A DNA stretch of 63,998 bases, filler included, from Basidioascus undulatus (GCA_000826855.1; 20 parts of 20 records of this genome joined end to end with filler, not necessarily neighbours in it); one strand, 5' to 3'; positions 22,807 to 35,583 are shown, counted from the whole stretch's first letter. Made by a program: numbers and translations. The notes: generated by a model from the letters alone, not told the origin.

Positions 22807-24327
22807 TCACCCACCCCCATTCACCACCCCCGGCCGCGCCCCCGTCGTCCCATTCCTTAACGGACTCGGCCTCCCCGGCGCACTTGCATTACCCGCCCCT
22901 GCGCGTCCCAAGCGCGCGGAAGACGCGAAGCGCTGAAGTGTCCTGATTGGGAATTTGGTCCTGCAATCGTCAAGCTTAAGCGGCTGTTTCTCGGAGAAAG
23001 GGGATGAGAGTGAGAAAGGGACGTGCTTGCACGTTGAGCACACTGGGATGGGACTGCAAAAGACTGTGGCGGAAGGTGAGGGGAGGGAGGTGAAGGGGAC
23101 AAGGGGGAGGTGGACCCACTGCTCAAGCACACCGAACACACAAACCCGACGTCGACGATGCGTTTGTGGCAAAAGCACGCGGCGCGGAAGTCGACCTGGT
23201 CCTCGTTGGGCTGGGCGAGGATGTTGCGGAGCGCGCGGGAGGGGAGAAACGCCATCTGCGCGCTCTCTCACACCTTCAGCCGGGAAGAGGAAGAAGAGTA
23301 AGAGGATGGATGGACAAACGTTAAGGTACTGCAGCAGCGCCGTCCTTTGCGCAAGGCGGAAGTACGACCCGCCAGTGAGGTGCGCGGCCTGCTGGAGGAA
23401 TATCGTGTCCGCGCCGTGGATCTTGCATACGTCTATTGGCGTCCTCTGTTCTCTCCCCCGCTCCTCAGCTCATCAGGCCCCCTTCCTCTCCTCTTCTCCT
23501 CACGCACCGCCTTCTGCGCGGAAAAGATGCAGTTCATAATCGGGATATACTGGCTCGACGCGTCCGGCGTGACGCTCAGCACGCAGATCCGGTAGCTCGT
23601 CCGCGCCGCGGCGGACGTTGCGCCTGGTGCGAGCGCTTGGGAGAGGGAGAGCGCGTGCGCGTGGGATTGGGAGGGGTCGCGCGAGTGGCGGTTGATGTCT
23701 GCGAGGCTCTCAGTTTCAGGGCTGTAATACAAACATAGAGGGGAGGGAGGGGAGACGGACGACAGAGCGCTTTGGAGAGCGCTGAGACTAAGGCGAGGGG
23801 CTCTGCGGGGAAGGGGGTTCAGTGGGGAGGATGGGCGAAGAGGGAGGGGTGAGGGGAGACGGACTATCGGCCTCGGAAGGGGATGTACATTCCGCGAGGA
23901 CCTTCGCACCCTCAATCACCCGCGAGTCGAGGATCCGGAAGGGCTGGTACGTGTTTGCGTCTGGGGGGGCGATATCGGGTGGGGGCGGATCGGCGGAGGA
24001 GTAGAGGAGGACGCTGGGCCATCAAACAGATAAGCACTCGAACTCGAATGCATGGTACCAGAACAAGAACAATCCCAGCCCACCCAATAGAGAAAGAAGT
24101 GAAGGAAAGAAGGATCAGAAAGGGAGAACAAGGCACCTTCTCCCTAACCCAACGCCATACACCGCCAGCTGGTTCCCATCCTGCAGCGCGAGGTGGGTGT
24201 TGCAAAAGACGAGGATGTGCTCGAGCGCGGTGGAGAGCGGAAGGTCGGGCGCGGAGGACGCCCACCCGAGTGGGTTGAGGTCGAGAAGGAGCGTCAGGTG
24301 CGAGGGGGTCGAGAGCGACAGGGTCAT
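22807..24327 (-). CDS. TFB4: TFIIH subunit p34, complete, multi-exon
   Basis: SHLTLLLDLNP, FCNTHLAL…NQLAV, SQYIPIMNCIFSAQK, FLQQAAHLTGGSY, VDFRAACFCHKRIVDVGFVCSVCLS…CSTC (C4 zinc finger). Confidence 0.96.
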
Positions 24328-24654
24328 GGTGGGCGGTGGGAGAGCAGGAGTGGCGGCGGGGCCGGGCCGGTCAGGGAGGAAGGCGGCTGGACGGGTTCCA
24401 ATCGGGATGAGGTGGGAAATTACTGAGATTCAAAACGCTTCCACTCCAAGCCTGTCTTAGGGTACGATTTTTTTGTATTTCGTAAATAGTATCACTTTCC
24501 CTTTAGGGTCGAGGTAATCAACAGACCCCTTTCCTGAATTTAGGCTACCCGTGCCTCGCTGCCGTGTTGCGAGTCACCGTTGCGCAGCGTATGGGCCACA
24601 CCATTGATGAGTCGCAGGTAGTTGCGATCTGTAAAAGTCATCGCGGCGACTGCA

Positions 24655-24935
24655 CACAACATCTCCGTCACGCCCATCGCGACGGACCACTGGGGCTGCC
24701 ACCCCAAGCTCTCCTTCGCGCGGGTCGCTGGGGATCATCACTGGGCATGGGTCATTGACGATCTCGCTCCGCCTCCCCTCCTCGCCCGTCTCCTTCAACA
24801 CCTTTGCGACAATATCCCGCACCGTCTCCGAGAATTCCCGCATCGTGAACTCGTTCCCGTTCCCAATATTGGTCGGCTCCGTCTGCGGCCCGTTCATGAG
24901 GAGGATGAGGCCGTCGACGAGGTCGTGGATGTACT
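24655..24935 (-). pseudogene. UXS1: C-terminal fragment of UDP-glucuronate decarboxylase (UDP-xylose synthase), frameshifted
   Basis: YIHDLVDGLILLMN…PTNIGNGNEFTMREF, then in shifted frames PMPSDDPQR and RAKESLGWQPQWSVAMG; no upstream exons seen. Confidence 0.8.
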
Positions 24936-25676
24936 CCGATGGCTCTCGAATACCCTGTCGGGCTATCCCAAAGGGGCTATGTGAGTCTGTCTGCTGCGTG
25001 TGTGACACAAATTTGGCTCCAATACAACCCGCGACAACGGCCATGTTCCTTTAACGTGTAACTATCCGGTATTCTATAGCGATACTGTGAGTATCTCCCG
25101 CGATGTTTGAGCGCCTCCCGAAGCGCTCAACCACCCGTAAGTCGAGGTAGATTGGAACGGCAGTACTGGTGATTACTTCAGTCTTTATTGCATCCCTGAC
25201 GCTATCACACGAAGAACTTGTAATGCTCCGGCGAGCGAGGGTGGAATAGGCATAGAGGTTATCGGTTCCGGGGCCCGAGATACATCCTCGACGGAGACAA
25301 CGGCACCCCTTACACGTACAGGGTCTTCGCTGGTGCGGACAACGTAGGTGCTGTTGTCTGTCTTTGGGGCGTAGAGACCAGTAGATTTGCTTACAGCATG
25401 ACCTTCTCTGCTGCCGCAGGAACTTTACGCGCTTGGCCGCGGTCTCAGCATGGACGACAGACTTTATGCGTTTTGTAGGTGCCATTGTCTGTCTTGGCAG
25501 GTAGGAAACAGGTAGGATTGCTTATAACATGACCTTCCCTGTTGCCGCAGACCCGTGGTCGAAGATCGGGGTCGGCGTTCAACAAGGGGACGACTGCGAC
25601 GACGTATACGCGCTCCTCGACCAGCAGACGAACCACGACCTGGTCCAGACACCCATCTCCAGCACACACATTAACA

Positions 25677-25789
25677 ATGCGCTCCACCGCCGTCCACCTC
25701 TCCGCCCTCGCCTCCCTCGCTGCCGTCTCGACCGCGGCCCCCACCGCCGACGGGACCTCCAGCTCGCCAGGCACGACCCTCGGCACGCG
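25677..25789 (+). CDS. First exon of a probable secreted protein, truncated
   Basis: MRSTAVHLSALASLAAVSTA|APTA is signal-peptide-like; a possible GCAAGT (GC-type) donor follows. Confidence 0.45.
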
Positions 25790-27379
25790 GCAAGTCTAGC
25801 AGGCCGAGCGAGGCCTTTCGCTTATTGACATCGACGCGGTCGTCGCGGTCNNNNNNNNNNNNNNNNNNNNNNNNNNNNNNNNNNNNNNNNNNNNTTAATT
25901 AATTAANNNNNNNNNNNNNNNNNNNNNNNNNNNNNNNNNNNNNNNNNNNNGTTTTCGAGAGAACTTAGTAAGGATGTGGTCGGGAGTGTGGGCGTGGATG
26001 GTGATGGCTGTAAAAGACAGAGGGCATGAGGACGACCCGCTTGGCGATGGGGCGCGAAGGTTGCCTGGGGAGAGCGAGCCTGGGAAAGCCGGCAAGAACA
26101 GGGACCGGAGCCGCCGCCGTCTTCAGCCGGCCAACTTGGACGCGCCAAGAACGCGTTTGACCTTTTCAGCGTGAGCGCGTCCAGCCCAGCAACAGCTGCC
26201 GGCTTCGCAAGGCACGCTTTGAAATGTTTTGATGGGTCTTGAAGGTCCTTTGATTTCACACTCGAGGACAGATTCTCCATAGCCGTCGGCTTGTGCAGCC
26301 TTCCACCAGTGTTTATGGCACTGTCAGGGGGCGGCTGTTGGACACAAAAGCCTTGCCAAACGCAACAGATACTCGCGCTTAGGCCTCGGGATATTTCAGA
26401 AGACAGACAAATGTAGTGGTCCCCTGACAATTTGCCCGAGTACTGCACAGCGAAAGGTGGCAGGCAGGCGATGCAACCAACGTCTGTGTTCAAGACCTCA
26501 AGACGGTTCCCCGGTTGTGCCACTCTTGAGCACTCGTGCTGCTTCAACCAGGATTCGTCAGTGTATGCATTTATGATCCGTTCCCAAAAGAAGGAAACTA
26601 ATTGGGAAAACGTGAAGGTTGAACACAGACGTTACAGGCGGTTCGACCGACCGACAGCTGCAGGTGCTGCTCCACACACGTCTCTCAAAACAAGCTGCCT
26701 TTCCTGCGGGGGGCTGTTACCTTCTAATTTGGCAGTAGAATGCCAGAGCTATAATCTGACTTTCCTCGGGTTCGGTGCACTATACTTGCCCTCCTAAAGC
26801 TGGATGCACTGGGCGGACGTTAGACCTGTCCCGGACCGCCCGCGACTACCTAGCAACGCAGCCAAGCAGCCTGCCGTTGCAAGCCTTGCCCTTACAATTC
26901 CATTTCTCGTGTGTAAGGTACTCAGGAAGGGGGACTCAGGAAGGAGGGTATAAATCTAAGGTTTTGTGTCTTCTGTATATCTTTGAAAGCTGGGTCGAGC
27001 TCGGCCTTCATTAAAGTTAGCCTATCAATTACCGTCGCCCTCGCATGCGCTTTCAAGTGGGAACCTGCCGCATTGCTTTATACCGATGCTCACGGGTGCA
27101 CTGCTTCTTTCAGCAGCAGGAAATATGGACTGCATTCCTGAACGGCTCACGCTGTCAGTGGATTACAGGTGTTTCAGTCTGCAACGCGAGGCGGTTCTTA
27201 GCCTCAAGCTACCGCAATGTCAAACGCGAAGCCCCGCACTACGCGCTCGTTCGAAGCCCTCGGACCTCATGAAGCGCAGCTTGACTTTCGCCCATCGTCT
27301 CTTCTCCTGCTGGCGTCCAGCTGCTCCTTTCCGGGGCCTGCATATTCTTCTGTTCAGATTCACCTAATACCCACCAGAA

Positions 27380-28993
27380 ATGTACTCTTCCTCCTCCTCA
27401 ACGCCTTCGATGCCGAATCCCCCGACACTCACCGTCTTCCTTCCCCGCAGGTCCATCGACCTCTCCTCGCCCGAGATCACCTCTGCACTGCAGACTCAGT
27501 CGGCCTCGGGACCCGGCGCGTGGATCCTCCTGACCTACGCGCCCGACTCGCGCGACAAGCTCGCGCTCCTCGCGAACGGGCCGGACGGGCTCGACGGGCT
27601 GCGCGCAGCGCTGCCCCCGGACGAGGTCGCGTTTGCGCTGCTGGCGGAGCAGGGCGGGAGGATGGGGCTGATTGTTTGGGTGCCGGATGGGGTCAGGTGA
27701 GTCTTGTCCGATGCTGGGATGCTGGGGATGGGGTGGGGAGCTGATCGGTGCGGGCTTTGTGTGGGCAGCGGCGTGAAGAGGGCCAGGGCGCTCGTGCACG
27801 GTCGTGGTGTGGCGGGCCAATTCCACGTCAGTCAATCCTACCACCGTTTCCAATCCAGGTGAATACCCTCCAGGAAAGCTCACAAAGCTACCTTACCCTA
27901 CCACAGATCTCCGCCACCCTCAACGCGACCTCCATGTCCGACCTGACCCCCTCCGCCGTCTCGACGAAGCTCAAGCTCGACGCGCTCTCCACGCCCTCTT
28001 CCCCGAACCCCTTCTCCCCTCTCCCCCCGTCCAGCATGTCTCGCCAGCCATCCGCGGACGCGGGGCGCACCTCGCGCTCCTCCAGCCTGAGCAGCAACCC
28101 GCCGGGGCTCGGCGGCCAGCAGCCGGTGCGGCAGAACTCGGGGTCCGAACCCCCGCGCCGGCCGCTGCCCATGCCCCCCTCGTCCAGCAGCGCCGCCTCA
28201 GACGGGACCGCGTCCCCGCCCATGCGCGCGCGCACGCCCTCCACGCACTACCCCGCGGTGCCGCCCCCGCCGCAAGGCAGCCCGCCCCCCGCACCGAACG
28301 GGTTGGACCTCGCCGAGCAGGCGCGCATCGATGCGGCCGAGAAGGGCAGGCAGGAGGCGGAGCGCCGGGCGCGCGAGGCGATCGAGGCGGCAGAGCGGGA
28401 GCGGGCAAGGAAGGACGCGGAGTCGCGCACGGCCGAGTCGAGGCGGATCGCGGAGATCAAGAAGCGGGAGCAGGAAAAGCTGAAGAGACTCATGGCGGAC
28501 GGGGAGCTTGCGCTGGCTGGGCATGTGTCTGCTCAGACGCCGTCTGGAGTGAGTACTCAATTCTTGATGTGCTTGGAAGGCCATAACTGATTGCGCTCCA
28601 TCAATAGACGTGGCGCCGACGCTGGTTCCATCTATCCTCTTCCGCCCTCCTCGTCTTCAAGTCTTCCACAGTGCGTCCGTTCCACCTACCTTATTCTCTC
28701 TGCTCGTAATAAGCCAACGCCTCTGAGAATCCAGGGAACCTCCCACCCTATCCAAGCCATCGCCCTCGGCCCGAACGTGCGGATCCACGAGGCATACGAT
28801 GTGCGTCACATACCATCCTGGGCTACGCTGCGGCCTCCCATACTGACACACCGCCACTTAGGAGCTCCTCGTCCGACACTCATTCAAGCTCTCGACGCCC
28901 GAGGGAGAGGAGCTGTTCCTCTACTCGGACTCGGAGGAGGACAAGGCGCAACTAGTCGGTGCTGTCCGCCTCGCTGTCCACGGCAGGCGCTGA
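27380..28993 (+). CDS. ADF-H (cofilin/coactosin-like) domain + Pro-rich/coiled-coil + PH-like domain protein, complete
   Basis: N-terminal WILLTY…KLALLANGPDGLDGLRAALPPDEVAFALL…IVWVPDGVSGVKRARALVH; C-terminal LAGHVSAQ…WRRRWFHL…LFLYSDSEEDKAQLV; stop at 28991-28993. Confidence 0.8.
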
Positions 28994-29311
28994 GCAGGCA
29001 GGCCCCGTTCCTTTCACCCTTCCCCACCGGAGACACCCAGCCNNNNNNNNNNNNNNNNNNNNNNNNNNNNNNNNNNNNNNNNNNNNTTAATTAATTAANN
29101 NNNNNNNNNNNNNNNNNNNNNNNNNNNNNNNNNNNNNNNNNNCCGTCTCTCCGCGGCCGTCGAGGAGCACGATAGATACCCTCCACCTCCACCCATCAAA
29201 GATGACGAAAGGATCCCCAAGCGAGCGTTGGCCTTCTCGCTTGCCTGCTTGCCTTCCTTTCGGTCCTTTCACCATCTCTAACCCACTACTTTACCAAACC
29301 GCATACTAATC

Positions 29312-31377
29312 ATGTCTGGCAACGTCGCCCTCATCTTCGGCGCGAACGGCATCTCGGGCCTCGCGCTCATCTCGCAGCTGATCTTGAAGTCCCCGACCGA
29401 GTGTACGCCCTCCTTCCTGCAATCCATCCATTCCTTCTCTGCCTCAGCTTAACTTCTCCATTTGAACCCAGGGCGCAAGATCATCGCCGTCTCGCGCCGA
29501 CCGCCCGTCCTGTCGCACGCGGACCCGCACAACAGGGTGCAGCACGCGTCGCTCGACCTCACCTCCTCGCCCGCGACAATCGCCGAGGGCTTGAAGAAGG
29601 CTGGCGCGGAGGAGGCCACGCACGTGTACTTCTACGCGTACATCGCAAAGGAGAAGGAGGAGGAGGTGCGTGGGATGCGGTCCATGCACTAGATCAGGTG
29701 CCCGTCTAAGAGCAGGTAAGAAGTACTCATGCGCCGTTGGCTTGGTTACAGCTGGTCGACATTAACAAGACGCTGTTTGGGAACGTGAGTGCGCGAGGGA
29801 AGGGATAAGTGAGTGGAGGGGGAGATAAGAGGATGACCTTGGGGGATTGATGGGGTTGTAGAGTGTCGAGGCTGTTGCGGAGGTCGCGAAGGGGTTGAAG
29901 GTCTTCCATCTCCAGACGGGCTACAGTGCGTCCACTTCCGATTGCTCTGATTTTTCCAGCTCGGACTGACATCCTACCGCAGAGTACTACGGGTACGCTA
30001 TGCCTTCATCTCAGTTCTCAGGAACCGTCTCTTATGGCGCCCAGCACGCAGCGTGCACAAGGGCGGCGAGTACCTCGCGCCGTACCCCTTCCGGGAAGAC
30101 TCGCCCCGCCACAAGGGCCTTAAGTGTGTCATACAAACTCCACGTGCATCCCACGAAACGCTCAGGCTAACTGCATTGTTTTCTCAACAGCTTCTACTAC
30201 GTCCAGGAGGACATGCTCAAGGACGCTGCGAAAAAGTACAACTGGGCGTGGCTCGTCACCCGCCCTAACTTCATTCTCGGTGTTTCCAAAGGTACTACTT
30301 AGCACTATGTGAAGCAAAAGCATGTATAAGGCTAACGCAGCGCGGCCGTCTGTTCCGAACAGGTAACTTCATGTCTGTAAGCAACGCTTCACTACTTAAT
30401 CTGTCAGGACCCGGACTGATGAAACCTTCTGCCCACAGTTGTACGCCCCCTTCTGGTTGTTGAAGAATTATAGGTAAACGTATACTGACGGAAAATGTGC
30501 AGCGCTGTGACTGTCGCGCTGTATGCGACTGCCTGCCAGTCGCTGGCGCAGCCGCTCTACTTCCCGGGCTCCTCCGTGTCCTACGCCCTTCCTTACGACC
30601 AGGCAAGACCTCTTAATCTCCATGACAAATGCTTTCACTTACCCATATGACAGTCGACCGCCAAGCACAACGCCGAGTTCCAGATCCACGCGTCGCTAAA
30701 GCCGGAGGCGCACAATCGCGCCTTCAACATCTTCGACAGCGCGAAGAAGACGACGTTCAACGAGCTGTGGCCCAAGATCGCCGAGTCCGTCCCTCCCCTC
30801 CCCTCTCCTCCCCAATGCCGTCTCCCTCCCCCAACGCTTCTTTCTGACACCTGAACCACCGGCGTCCCGCAGCTACTTCGACCTCCAGCTGCCCGTGCCG
30901 CTCTTCGCGAAGCCGCCGCCCGAGGAGAAGAGCATGGGCAGCGTGTGGTTCGCGGAGCACTCGGCTTCGGAATGGGCGAAGGGCAAGGAGGACGTCTTCC
31001 AGAAGATCGTCAAGGCGCACAACCTCGACCCCAACGCGTTCTCCTACGCCACCTGGGACTTCCTCGACTTCGGCACCACTCGGTGAGCGTATCCTGCAGA
31101 TGCTCGTTGGCTTCCCTTCGTTACTGACTGCCTCGGCTTCGCGTGGCAGGACGTGGGCCGACGACGCCGCGCTCGACTCCGCACGCAGCATCGGCTGGGG
31201 TCCGGAGCGGGATATCGACCCGTTCGAGAACGGGTACAAGAAGGTCTTTGACGAGCTCAAGGCGCTCAACGTGAGTGCTCTCGAAGGATGCGCCCGCGTT
31301 TTAGCCGTGAGCCTCTGCTGATGCGCCGTGACACCCAGATCATCCCGAAGACCCCTGCCGCGCCGCCCACGGCGTAA
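29312..31377 (+). CDS. PRISE-family (progesterone 5-beta-reductase/iridoid synthase-like, SirQ-like) SDR, complete, many small exons
   Basis: ALIFGANGISG, IIAVSRRP, THVYFYAY, LQTGYKYYG, NFYYVQED, VTRPNFILG, AFNI, LWPKIAEYF; stop TAA at 31375-31377. Confidence 0.93.
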
Positions 31378-31888
31378 ACATACCTACGGGTGGGAACTGC
31401 TAACGATTAAGGGTCCAGGAATGAATTGTTAACCACGCCCTTGGAGACAAGGGCGACCGGCCGAGAAATAATAAGCATGGAACAAGATCTGAAGTCTGGC
31501 AATGAAAGAGGAGAGACTGTCTCTGGCAAAAATCGTCACTGGCAAGACTCACGACACGCGTAAGAACTTGAGTAACACAGCTACCTCAGTCATTCCTGTC
31601 CAGTGTCTTGGTCGGGTGGGGAGTACGAAAGAACGCAAGAATAAGGTGTAGACGCAACATAAGGTGTAGACACAACCCTCACTGAGAAATGAGAGTTTTC
31701 CTCCGCAACATATCAAGCTGAACGGAAGCTGTAACTAATAATTAATAGACACCTACAGTTTCCCAATAATGAAAACCGAACTGAATCGTCGACGATGTAC
31801 TCTGAGGAAGCGAGGCGGGCGCGAGCGAACCAGCCGGTCTAGGTCAGTCTGGTGGCGAAGAAGACGAGTAGCAAACGAAGTACGTGCA

Positions 31889-32200
31889 TCAAAACTCTAC
31901 CCCATCCTCGACGCTCTTCTTCACCGCCTGCGCTATTTGCTTCTCGCCCTCGAGCAGGCGCCTGACCGACGCCGTGCTCTCCACCCAAGCGTCCGTCTCG
32001 TCCCCGCCCAAGCAATCGAGCTCCTCCAGCGCGTCGTTGGCACGTTTCTCGACGGCCGCGCACAGGTCGACGAGCGCGTCCTGCACCTTGTCCTCGTTGC
32101 CGGGCGAGACGGTCTCGCTTAGGCCGTTAAGAACGTCGAGCCAGGCTTGGAACTCGGGCGAGAGGCGCGAAGAGGCGCGGAGGACGAGGAGGCGGAGGAC
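31889..32200 (-). CDS. C-terminal fragment of an unknown helical protein
   Basis: Codon-biased frame …FQAWLDVLNGLSE…VQDALVDLCAAVEKRANDALEELD…GVEF*. Confidence 0.5.
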   Translation of the reverse strand, partial: VLRLLVLRASSRLSPEFQAWLDVLNGLSETVSPGNEDKVQDALVDLCAAVEKRANDALEELDCLGGDETDAWVESTASVRRLLEGEKQIAQAVKKSVEDGVEF

Positions 32201-32477
32201 AGGGAGAAGGCGGTGGCTTGTTTGGAGGGAGGGGATAGAGGGAGATGGGGTCGAGAAAGGCGANNNNNNNNNNNNNNNNNNNNNNNNNNNNNNNNNNNNN
32301 NNNNNNNTTAATTAATTAANNNNNNNNNNNNNNNNNNNNNNNNNNNNNNNNNNNNNNNNNNNNGCGAAGGTGGGGAGGGGGCATCAGCTCGGAAGCTAGA
32401 AGAAGACGGGGAGGAAGGGGGAGGGGTTGTGGAAGAGCGCAAGGGAGAATGAGGGGGTGGGGGGAAAGACAACGCAC

Positions 32478-34035
32478 CGTCCTCGCCCATCCCCATCGCG
32501 CGCGCGGTGTACAAGATCTCGAGCATCGTACGGCGTGCGACGGGGAGGATGTACGGCAGGCTGGAGGACGACATGACCTGGCTGGTGGGCAAGCCCGAGA
32601 GCGTGGAGAGCGTGGAGAAGGTCGCGTTCCTGACTCCTCATCCACCCATATCAGATCCTTCCTCTCAAACATCTAAAAGTTCTTTCGAAAACAGCGAAGG
32701 AAGGATGGGAAACGAGCGGAAGGAAGGGGGCAAGGGAAGAGAAGGGGAGGGAAAGCGGAAGAGAAGAGCAAAAGTGAAACGGAGATCGGGACGCACCACA
32801 GATTCTTGATCCACCGCGCCGGCTGGATATCCTCCAATGCGACCACCTGGGCACCGCCGGCGAGGAGGATGTCGACGAAGCGGCGAAAGACGCGCTCCTG
32901 TTCGTCCGCGGGAACCTTGGACAAAGACGAGGACGCGTTCCCCCCGCGCAGCTCGCCTTTGTAGATGCCGAGCTCGAGCTTCTCCTGTGTGGGGGAGGGG
33001 AGGGCGTCAGGACTCGTGGGAACGAAAGAAGGAAGAGAGAGCGGGGAGATGGAAGGTCCAGGGGGAAAAGTAGGGAGAGGGAGCGAGTCGGGAGGAGGAA
33101 GAGGGCAGCTGGGACGTAGCAGGGAAGAGGGTGGAGAGGGAAAGAGGGGGTGAAGGATGAGGAAGACGGACGAGCGACCCATGCTCCACCCGCGTCCCGT
33201 CCTCCTTCAGGTTCGCCCCGATCCAGATCGCCCCAGAGATGATAGTAGTTTCGGGGATTACTGTCCCAGCGGGTATGAGTTCCGATTCAGCCTCAAGCCT
33301 CCAGTTCTGAGGAGACGAGAAGGCAGAGGGGAAAACGCACCATGCTGCAAATCATCTTCAATCCCAATCCCGTTCTGCAAGAGAACAATGCACTTGCTGT
33401 GGTCCAGGACGGGGCCAAGGATCGTCTGTGTAGGAGAAAGGTCGGGGAGGCTTCCGTCCGCACTTTCCTAGTCAGCTTCCACATATCCACGCCTTTGCGT
33501 TCCTCGGAGGGGGGAGGGACCCACTGCTTGAACGTGCACACAATCGCAAAGTATTCCCGATCCGCAGCGGCAGCGCAGGAGGGGAGAACTGCGGAGGGAG
33601 GGGAGTGAGCAGGCAGGGAGAGGGTGGGGGGAGGGAGGACGGACCGCGATACGGTTTCCAGTGGTGCGTCCCGAACTTTGTGGATGCTATGGTTATCCCT
33701 TTTTCTGTGGTGTTTTGGAGGTGTGAGACGGGAGCTTGAGAGGGGGAAAGGGGGAGGCGGACGGGAGACAGCTTCGAAGTTGGATCTGCGCTTGTGGGGG
33801 AGGTTGAGCTCGGTGAAGGGACGGGGAGGAGGAGAGTGGGAGGAGGAACGCACCGAGCGACCGCGGTTACCCGCGCTTTGCCAGAGTTCTCGAGCACCCA
33901 GCCGTAGAGCGCTCCCACAGCTGCCCGCCCGATGCATAAGCTTCACCTTGAGCTGAAAGCCTGGACGGCGCCCAGCAGCGCACCTCCGAACCCGACAATG
34001 AGTATGTCCACGGGCTCTTGGGATTGGTCTGCCAT
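32478..34035 (-). CDS. Ketopantoate reductase (ApbA/PanE family), 3' truncated, multi-exon
   Basis: ILIVGFGAVGALYG, VTAVARSNFEAV, IVLLQNGIGIE, DIQPARWIKNLWNATFS. Confidence 0.92.
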
Positions 34036-34692
34036 CACGAGGGTATCAAGCTTTATGGATCGAATGTAGTTGAAGGTGAAAGCGATAAGCGAGAAGAGAG
34101 AGAGAAGATGAAGGGTAACCGGACTCCTTGAGAGCCGGCCCGCGAGCCGGCGGTTGAAGTCGGCTTTCGGGGGAAAGGATGTCAAGGGGGAGGTAAAGCC
34201 GATATTGACGTCAGCGAGGAGGGAGGCGGATGCAAATCGCCGCGTCCTCAAGCGTCCTCGTTCTCCTCATGTGCGTTTCGCGTCTCTCCTCATGTGCGGT
34301 TTAACCTTGCGTTTGTGTGCGTGAAAGGTGTCAGCTTGAGTAAGTGGGTGTTTGTACTGCTCTTCCATCCCCGTTCATGGAGTTCGCTACCTGTCGAAGT
34401 TTCGGGTAGATTGTATGCATGTGCATGAAATGCGAACCCCGTTCCTTCCGTTCTGCATCGTGCCATGCTTCCTTGCGCCCATTCAATGCAATCCGCGTCC
34501 GCCGTGCCCTCCGTCCAACATCCGACGATCCCGCGTTTCCCCCGTTTTTCTCGTTGCGCCCGGCTTCAGACCCTGACAACCCCGTCTTTGTTCGAACGCA
34601 TCCTTCTCACTCTCTCGCTCTCACTCTCGGCTTTGTCCCAGCCTTTTCACCTGTCGATCGAAATACGCGTGATATTGAGACTGACAAGCTCA

Positions 34693-35483
34693 TATGGCAC
34701 CGTACGATAAGAATCCTTATGGGCCGGGCAAGTGTGTACCGTGGCCGGGCGCGAGACGCGGTGGGGGAGGTTACTGACCTTGCTGGAGCTGGATACCTTG
34801 GGAAAACAGAGGGGGCACGTTGCGTTGGACGATTACGCAGAGTCTGATCCTCGAGCACCCCACGCCCATCGTGATCCAAGTCGGGCGCGTCTCCTCTGCC
34901 GTGCGTCTCTCTCCTTCCCCTCCTCTTCCCCTCCTGCTCACCCCCTTCCTCTCCCCGCAGGGCCCACCAATCAAGTCCCTCCTCCGCTCCTCCTCCTCCC
35001 CGGCCTTTCTGGGCCTCTCCACCCTCGTGGAACCCCACACAGGCCGCATATCCGCCCTCGCGCTCGCCTCGCCCGCGGACTTCCTCAAGACGCCCCGCGA
35101 GCCCGCCGCTGGGGCATCGCCGTTCGCGATGCAGGGGCCGACGCCTACTGCGTCGGAGCTTTGGAGGGACATGAAGTGCGCTTTGACAGGAGACAGCGCT
35201 ATGTGGTCGAAGCAGACGAATGCTGAAGTTGGCTGTTGGGGGGACCCATAGGCAATCGACAGTCCCCACCCTCTCCCTCCCGCACACACGCCCCGACGGC
35301 CAACGCACCTCGCCCCCCGTCCTCTTCCCCATCCCCTCGCAGCCGACAACCCCGTGCTCGCGCACGCCCCTCGTTCGCGCCCCTTCCGTCTCTTCCACCT
35401 CCAAGCCCACCACGCCGCGCAAGTCGAAGATATCAGAACCGGGCATGGTTCAGATATCAACTGTAAAGCCAAAAGTCCGCAAG
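34693..35483 (+). CDS. Hypothetical multi-exon protein, 3' truncated
   Basis: Codon-biased frames (SLILEHPTPIVIQVGRVSSA…; GPPIKSLLRSS…LWRDMK) bounded by splice-like signals; start uncertain. Confidence 0.35.
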
Positions 35484-35583
35484 NNNNNNNNNNNNNNNNN
35501 NNNNNNNNNNNNNNNNNNNNNNNNNNNTTAATTAATTAANNNNNNNNNNNNNNNNNNNNNNNNNNNNNNNNNNNNNNNNNNNN

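Noticed and set aside
31641..31676. 18-bp tandem duplication ATAAGGTGTAGACRCAAC, and the intronic purine repeat at ~41441-41515
   Set aside because: Simple local slippage duplications with no evidence of function.
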